A stretch of 64,000 nucleotides of DNA, from the NCBI RefSeq assembly GCF_009914755.1, contig NC_060939.1; one strand, given 5' to 3'. Source of the DNA: the human T2T-CHM13v2.0 reference genome, Homo sapiens. The position numbers and the translations under genes were made by a program. The notes beneath the pieces are model-generated. The model ran no database searches and was not told the origin of the DNA. It saw only the letters and a program-made list of their open reading frames with translations. Shown here in pieces: positions 55,029 to 64,000 of the stretch (positions are counted from its first letter, which is position 1; each line of letters begins with the position of its first letter).

Positions 55029-56599
55029 AGAAAACCTGGGGAGCAGCGTCCCGTGGTACTGCTGACATTGCTAGGTACATCAAATACATCTAGCTGAATC
55101 CCCTCTGGCACAATTGGGTGAAGTTTTGGCCAGCAGACACAATTATTTTGAATATCTGTGGCCCCTCCTTCACTCTCACAGCAAGATGTTTTTTTCCCAC
55201 TGTGTGCGACTCCGGGCCGCCTCAGTGACCTTGCTTTGCTTGCACAGAAACATGGGCTCAGCTGGCCGTAGAGTAGGCAAAAAAGCCCAGAGCATAGGAC
55301 AGTCTGGGATGGCCCGGGACGACTTCCCAGTGCACACGGCTGAGCCTAAAAAGAATGCCGCAAAGACTACGTGGAGGCCGCCAGCTGCAGGGGCCAGAAG
55401 ATAAGAGTGTTAATTTAGCTTGGCTGGCATCCAGAAAGCTGAGCAAAGCTAGGCCTCCAAGCTCAGGGTAAAAATAAATAAATAAAAATAAGTAGGCAGA
55501 TGTTTATGCTCGCTTCCTAACACTAGCTAGCATGTATCTGGTACATCCTATGTGCCTTGTAGCAGCTCCAGAAAAGGCATCGTTGTTCTCTGTCTCGCAC
55601 TGAAATCCCCAAAGGTTAGCGTTGTCACCCCATCTCACAGTGAGGGCCATGTGGCTCCAGTGGTGTTCTGCTTGTGGTCACCCAGCCCTCCTCTAAGCCC
55701 CACCACTTTCTGCTGAGAGCTGGCTTTAGGCAGGAAATGGAAACAGGCTGGTCTTTTTCAAGGCTGCGGCATAACCAAAGCCCTAGTGGATTCTGCATGG
55801 AAAGAACTCTCGGTATCCTAATAAGGTTTCAGAACAGAAAGGAGTGTCTTCATCACTCTTGTCTTTGCCAGCCCCATCCCATCAATCTTCTCTGTACTTT
55901 GACGCAGACACGATGGACTGTTATCCACGTGGCAAACTTGGAAGCACCTTGAAAGAGAGTCTAAGTAAGTTGCCAAGACGCCCGTCTGAAGGCCGGGTGC
56001 CTCTATGACAAATAGCCTGAGCAGCTGCACCTCGCCGAGGTGCCAAACGGATGAAACGGGGTCACTTTGAGAAACTGCACACGATGTGCCTGATGCACGG
56101 TAGGTGCTCAGTACGTGGGCAGTTCCTTCCCCGTCCCCTACTCCCTCTGAATGTGGCTGACCACTGTGGACCATTTCCTCCACTCACCCCACAAAGAACT
56201 AAAGAGATGAAGTCAGCCTTTGTTCAAACAGGAATGAATTCTGCCGCTGGCAAGGCAGTTGGAACACTCTCCTTTATACTGCCGATTCTCCAACATTTTA
56301 AACCTATGTCCCATTTTGATCAATGTAAACATTGTGTGCCCTTCTTCAATATTATTTGAAATTTCAAATAAAAATAAATATTGTGATTCAAGGCAAAGGA
56401 AATGAATCATATAATTTAATACACTTTATGCAACTGTCCCCACCCTGCAAGATCCTGATATGACCATCCAGCAAGGACAGCCTGGCTGCTCTCAGTTGAG
56501 TCCTTATAGATCAAGCCATTGCCGGAACATGACGAAAACACGTGGACAGCAAAACGGAACGCTATAGCATTTGAACAGCACTCTGATCGCCCTGTCCCT

Positions 56600-57266
56600 G
56601 GTAAAGATTTTGCCTCTCCTACCCCACAGATAGGGGCATAGACAAAGCTGGGCCAATCATAGTCCCTCACCTGCCCCTGGATGCAGTGATGGGCCCAGGA
56701 GGTGGGCACATGACCAAATCTGGGCCAATCATAGTACCACACCTGCCTCTGATGCAGTGATTGGCTCAGGGGATGGGCACACGACCAAATCTGGGCCAAT
56801 TCTAGTACCACACCTGCCCCTCATGTAGTAATTGGCTCAGAGGGTGGGCACATGACCAGATCTGGGCCAATCCTAGTACCACACCTGCCGCCCCTGGTGC
56901 AGTCATTGGCCCAGGGGTGGGCACGTGGCCTAACCCTACAAGGACTTTTCCTATGGTAGGGGTGGAGGAATGGGGTCTCTCATCTCTGGTCTGGAAACTG
57001 GAAAGGGGAGCGGGAGATCCTAAAGCCCAGGCATGCTGTCTCCTGCCTCATGGAGGAGTGGTTTGAGACAGTGAAGCCCACTCAGAAAGAAAGGCCGAGA
57101 TGAGAGGTAGAGAGCAGCCAAAGACGCCCCACTTACCCCATGGCAGGTACCCAACTCCCCACCCCACAGTTTGGCTTCAGGAGGTATCATTCTCTTATTT
57201 TAGCTAAATATTGTCCAGTTAAGGTTCTCTCCCACATCTCCAATCAAGAGTGGCCTAACTAAAACA
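56600..57266 (+). mobile_element. LTR16/LTR33-like ERVL LTR containing a tandem array
   Basis: gggccaatcatagt...tgattggctcaggggatgggcacacgacc motif and terminal caatcaagagtggcctaactaaaaca. Confidence 0.55.
56643..56930 (+). repeat. Tandem repeat, 71-72 bp unit, 4 copies
   Basis: Units start at 56643, 56715, 56786 and 56857: caaatctgggccaatcatagtaccacacctgcccctgatgcagtgattggctcaggggtgggcacatgac. Confidence 0.95.
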
Positions 57267-58009
57267 AGGGGCGTGGGAGAGAGGATTCCACAATATCCCT
57301 GGACACGGAGGCACGGTCTCTCATTGCCACTTAGTTCGCACAGACCTTTCGCTGCACAGACGTGGCTTTCTTCCTCTGTCTGCATCTGCCGGTTCCTCTC
57401 AGTTTTTCTGCACCTCCCCAGATTATCTTCTTCTTCACCGCGTCCTTTTGTCCACCTAGGCCTCTGACTCTTACCTTCTTTTGGCTGTTGGTTCACACTT
57501 CCTGTAATATTTTTTCCCCTGGGAAATCAAGGTGCCCACATGCCCCTGCTCTTGGGGTTCTGCGCATGCTCCCTGGCTCTATGCTCTTGAGATGCTGGCC
57601 TGGCTGGACCTGGCTGGTCTGCCCCATCCACACACTCTAGCCAGATGCGCCTGGGGGTGGGAGGGTGGTGGGACTAAAGCCACAGCAGACTTGAGAAATA
57701 CACACAGGAAGCAGCCCATTTCCTCAGAAGTTGCCCAAACTTCTGCGATACAATTTTAGCATCTGGCCAACCAAGCAAGTTGGGCCTGATACATTTATAA
57801 AATTGTTTGTTAAAGAAATCATATTCCAGAGTCCCATCTGTGATCTTTTATTTTCTGTTTGGTGTTGCACATGTTTGGGAAAAGAAGTCAATAAAAACCA
57901 TCACAATTTAATTTTAATTCCCACAAATACAAGAGACCGCAGCAAGTGACATGATAGAAATCCAGAAGGTTCAGATGACAAATGCAAACTCATGTGAATG
58001 GCTGTAATG

Positions 58010-58165
58010 TCAACTCTGTGGTCCGCGAGCCAAGGTTTCTAGTCCCATCTAGTTACATCAGGTCAGCAAAGTTCCTCAATTTCTCTTAGCGTCTCTTTCC
58101 TCATCTGTAAAATAGAGGATACTAAGACTTTCTCTGTGAATTCAAGATGAAGTAAGTCACTAATA
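58010..58165 (+). mobile_element. MIR
   Basis: ttctagtcccatct...tttcctcatctgtaaaatagaggatacta. Confidence 0.65.
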
Positions 58166-58272
58166 CCACTGCTGCTCTGGCCCTAGAGTAGCCTACACCT
58201 TGTATATTTGCATAAGGAGTAGATTAGGGATGCAGTACCACAGCTGTATGTCAATTTCCAAATCTAAGTGGA

Positions 58273-58595
58273 GGCCAGGCACGGTGGCTCACACCTGTAA
58301 TCCTAGCACTCTAGGAGGCTGAGGTGGACAGATCACTTGAGGTCAGGAGTCCAAGCCTGGCCAACATGGTGAAACCCCGAAATTCCATCCCTACTAAAAA
58401 TACAAAAATTAGCCGGCTGTGGTGGTGCGCACCTGTAGTCCCATCTACTGTGGAGGTGAGGCAGGAGAATCACTTGAACCCAGGAGGCGGAGGCAGTGAG
58501 CTGAGATTGCACACTGTAATTTAGCCTGGGTGACAGAGCGAGACTCCATCTCAAAAAAAAAAAAAAAAAAAAACCACCAAAAAAAAAAAAAAAGA
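58273..58595 (+). mobile_element. AluS with small internal indels
   Basis: Dimer; perfect 15-bp TSD caaatctaagtggag (58259-58273, 58596-58610). Confidence 0.96.
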
Positions 58596-61379
58596 CAAAT
58601 CTAAGTGGAGCCTGTTGGGTTCAATAATGCCATAATTTGTGTTAAAATCTCAGTTAACCACATTGTGTGACATTACATAACACTGTTTAAAGTTTCAGGG
58701 AACAGTAACTCTGCTGTGATAATTCTGCCTGCAAACAAGCACCACAGTGGATTTGGAGAACTTACTAAAGCCACTGGCCATCCAAGAAGACTACAAACTT
58801 CCCATTTGTGGGGGCACTTAAAAATTACAAATTCAGTTTGGCTTTTCATTGCATTTTGCGCTATTACTTTGCATTTTAATGAGAATGGGTTTTTAAAGAT
58901 TTTCAGTTATCTCAGTAGCTGGAAATTTAAACCAATCAATTTTCTACTTTAAAATTCTACTGTGATGTCTGTACACAATAAGGCTACATTTTTCACTATG
59001 GAGGAAGGGAAGGAAACCCTCATTTTACCCTTTTTTAACTTTTCTGTAAGTTTTTGCTTTAGAAATGTAAAAGGCTATTTCACACCCCAAGGCTGAGTGA
59101 GGGTTAGTGAATATACTCTTTTTGATAAAATACAGTTTTGTGGTGAAACGAACGAATAGTTTAGAAGCAGAAAAATAAGATCTTACGAAGAAAATACTAG
59201 ACTTCTAATACCTCTTCTCTAAGGTCCATTCAGATTGCTGACTTTTTATAAGATGTCCAATTCTAACCCACCTAGGTACACCCAGACTTTATAAATATAC
59301 ACACACCTAACGCACGTCTAAAAGGAGTAAATGTGTGCTGGGGAAATATTGGAACAATGACGTTCCTGAGAGAAGCTTGTTTTTTCAAGTTATTAAAGGA
59401 AGGTGGCAAGCATTCATGAGGATATAAAAACTTAACGTCGTCTGAAGGAAACTCTTGAATATGGTTAACATCGCTGCCAAAAATCTCAGCTATGTTATGT
59501 CAGAATGTTCAATTGCAAGCTACACTTTAATGAATGGAAAGATAGGGTAACAGCAGGAAGTTTCTGCAGCAACTCACAGCAATCTTGAAAACCAAGTTCC
59601 CAGAGTTGGCTGGGCTCACTGGTTCAGGGGCTACGCTGTCTAGTTGCCTGATCTGCCAGTTAGCAATCAGGCGTACCAGGGGCCAACAAGGGAGCAGTGG
59701 GAGAGCAGGAGAGCAGGAGCTATCTGCCCTCTCCTCATTGTCCTAGCCAACACTTACATGGACAAGCAGCTCACTTTGCTCTTTCTGAAAAAGTAGATGG
59801 TCCGAGAAATACACCACTGGACTGGGAAGACAAGAAATCAATGCCACCCTGCATTAAGTACGTGACTCCCCTTCTTTTCTATGCAGCTTGCTTGCAGTGT
59901 GATGCTGCTATTTTTATCGGCTCTCTTCAACCCAGCTGTTGCTTCATGTTGACATGGCGAATGGTGTGAAACTCCCAGCAGAGGAGCGTGAATCCCAGAG
60001 GGACCCATCTTCTGTCATTTCTAGAACAGATAAAATGTCATGAGACTCAGTGGGGGATGGCGCAAGAACATTTGGCCAACGGAGCCAGTGAGAACATATC
60101 CCACATTAAAGTGACACAGAGCTAGGGGCCAAAGTTTGTCCTCAAACCCAACCGAAAGCACAGACGTCCAGTGGCCAGTAAGGATCACGAATCTTTGTGG
60201 AAAAATTGGGAGCAGGAGTCTTTGCATTTTCAGGGCAGGCCATGGTTGTTCCAGGTGTTTGACACCGTGGAGTCAAGAGGTTGGGACAACTGCCTGGAGT
60301 CCAGCCTGGAGGTGGCCCCAGAGAACCCACTTCCTTTTCCTGAGTTAGAATGTGACTTGTAATTTTAAGCCCACTCTTTGTATTTCCTCTGCGAAAATAA
60401 CAGCATTTTGGCAAGACTGTGTGTAGTGGGGAAAAAGTGCCACATAAAACTTACACAATTTAAAAATACAGCTCTAATTGCAGGTTTGTTGTCCCATGGT
60501 TTGGCAAATTAGGGGGGCAAATTGGAGAGGCCCTTGGAACTTGCTCCAGGCATGAAAAGATTGTTCAGTTACACATCTGACTGTGTAGCTGGTGAACTCT
60601 TTCAAAAACTTATGAAAATAGGATTTTAGGGGCTTCCTTCTAGAAGAGCAGCTATTTTCTATGGGGGGATTATTTTGTGACTGAGTGCTCAATTTAGAAT
60701 TTAAGCATCAAGGGCTTGGACTTCTCTGTACTTTTCTTTCTCCAGCTTTATTATGAGAATAAAATGATTTCTCTTCCTACTCCAAAATTTTCAGATTCTC
60801 TCAGGTCTAGATGAAATTCAGTGAAAAATCAATACCTTTTAGTATCTAAGTGAAAATACTAAATGCCAGCAAATTTTTCATTTTTAAATGATTCATTTTA
60901 AAATCTCTTAGGATTTACAATCTACAGAACTCTCAAGGACAAGAGTTAGAGCTTCTATATTTCAATGCAAACTCTGATTCACTTTAAAGATTAATAGTTT
61001 TAAGGTTTAAAAACGTCTAAGGGGAGGCTAAGGGGAGAAGGATACTGTGGATGGACACACAGTCTGTTTGACCTTCCTAGTGGGCCTTTGTGTACCGCAA
61101 GGCTGGTTAGCTAGCATCAGCTTTTTCCAGGATCCCTTGCAGCTCAGCTTTTGATATGATTCTGTTTGGGCTTTTGCACAAAGTTTGGGAGGCAGAAGTA
61201 AGGCACAGACTATGCTTTTGTTGTTTCTGTGACAAATCCCACCGAGGCCGTGTTGGATCCTGCTGCAGTATTAGCCAGTGCTGTTTCCATCTTTTTCCCC
61301 AGAGGCAAGGCACGGCACGCTCATGTTTTTGCTGGTATGGGTCAAAGTCACTGCTTGGCTTGACGGCCAATATTTCCAC

Positions 61380-61635
61380 AATAGTTTTCTGATCCCCGGA
61401 TTGCAATGAAGGGAAGGTGTCCTACAGGCGATGTATCCAGGGCAGCTTCTGGATTCCCTTGCTCCTGGTTATGGCAGCTCTCAGCACACCAGTCATGTTC
61501 CTTCTTCCCCATCCTGAGGTCTGTGCGTGGTACCCTCTGATGATTTTTTTAAAAGCATACTGTTCCTTGTATTAATTTTTTTCTGTTCAAAATAGCTAGT
61601 GTGGTTCCTGATGTCTACAAATGAACCCTAACATA
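61380..61635 (+). mobile_element. Old ERVL-class LTR 3' portion
   Basis: ccttgtattaattttttttctgttcaaaatagctagtgtggttcctgatgtctacaaatgaaccctaac resembles ERVL LTR U5 ends. Confidence 0.45.
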
Positions 61636-62419
61636 GAAAGTAGGGATGTGGGGCTATGGAAAGTGGGATCTTAGCCTCAGCTGTGTCCTCACATGTTGGG
61701 ATGGGCTACCCTCTGCAAAATCTCTTCCTTGGCTCTGTCCTCCTCCCATTCTGCTAATACCATAGCCTCTACCTTCACAGAGAAAAGTGGAGGCACTAAC
61801 TCCTTCAACTTTTCATTTTTACCTATAACCAAATGAGTCTTATGCCCTTTATGTTCCTTTACATATTAAGAGAAAACAAATCCATCGCCAGGAATCTTGA
61901 TAAAGAATATAGGGCTTTACTTTTGGTATTTCTTCAGGGTGGATCTTTGGGGGTATTACCCAGCACACACCATGGATAGCTTCCCTCAAACCCCGTGTAG
62001 ACCTTTCTCCCCCGGCCACCTCTGGGCAGCATCTCCCTGCTCTCCCTCATTGACCTTGGGCTTCCTTCCCTCCATGCACCCCCTTCTCTTTCATCCTCCC
62101 CTCCACAGTGCTCTCTCTGTAAAAAGTCCCCACAGAGACGTTTGCTTTATCTGCCACCAGGCCCGCAGGTGGCTGGGAACCCCACAGCACCGTACCCTCT
62201 GCTCCTCCATAGCCTCCCAGTCAGAGAAGCTCAGGAAGGCCCTAAGCCTGAGAAGCAGAGTTCCCCTATCAGTCTGACTGCTTTTCTCATGCGAAAACTT
62301 CTGGTGAGTCACGTTTTCCTGGCCATACACCTTTATACTGGAAGCAAACATATAAACAAGTCAGATCTTTTTCAAAGCAGATGGATATAAATCTAAGAAG
62401 GCAAGAAGATATTTCCATC

Positions 62420-63560
<1,141 letters not shown>

Positions 63561-63709
63561 TAACCTGGAAAGCTGATAGTCTTTAGAACTAGTGAGACTT
63601 GAGTTCAGATATGTTCAACTATTTAGAAGTGGTATGACGTGAGCACATTATTTCTCCAGCCTTCACTTTCTTCCTCTACGAAAAGCGTAGAATAACTTCC
63701 CACAGCTGC

Positions 63710-63990
63710 CTGCTTGACATCCTTCAGGTCAGGGTTTCAGTGGACTGGCTCAGAGAAACTTTCCTGATACTCTTCTTCTTTCCTGATAGATTCCTGTGTT
63801 GCCCTGTTTCACAGTAGCCAATCTTTTCTTTCCTAGGACTCAACACAGTTTGTAATTACATAGTCATTTGTAAGTTTTTGTCATCTATCTCCTCTACTAG
63901 ATCATTCCTTCTTTGTGGTCACCAGCCATTGACTATCTTGTTCACAGCTGTGTATCCAGAGCATAGCACCATGTCTGCATCTGGAGTGTG
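63710..63990 (+). mobile_element. L2 3' region
   Basis: catccttcaggtcagggtttcag...ctcagagaaactttcctga...atcttgttcacagctgtgtatccagagcatagcac. Confidence 0.7.
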
Positions 63991-64000
63991 TGTGATGTTT

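Noticed and set aside
56643-56930. CRISPR-like array
   Set aside because: Units are contiguous with no unique spacers, there are no cas genes, and the context is a primate LTR.

Overview
Primate genomic DNA, most likely human or another ape (AluY, AluS, AluJ, LTR12C, L1PA/L1PB, MADE1). It looks intergenic or deep-intronic. I can support no protein-coding gene, RNA gene or CRISPR array; the listed ORFs are repeat-derived or chance frames. A large part of the window is interspersed repeat: a near full-length decayed L1M (about 5.0-14.2 kb) with nested insertions, about 20 Alu-family elements (many with readable TSDs), a solo LTR12C with a CCAT TSD, several MaLR/ERVL LTRs, MIR, L2, MER5 and MADE1. 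The most unusual structure is a chimeric retro-cassette at about 8.2-9.0 kb. It joins a locally copied L1 segment, an L1PA fragment, the last 23 codons plus downstream sequence of a PRPF19 retrocopy and a 5'-truncated AluY, all between degenerate direct repeats. Other notable items are a probable 16-nt L1 3' transduction, a 4 x 71-bp CCAAT/ATTGG array, several fold-back micro-inversions and candidate enhancers. Repeat family names are from recalled consensus sequences, not a database run, and boundaries of old repeats are approximate.
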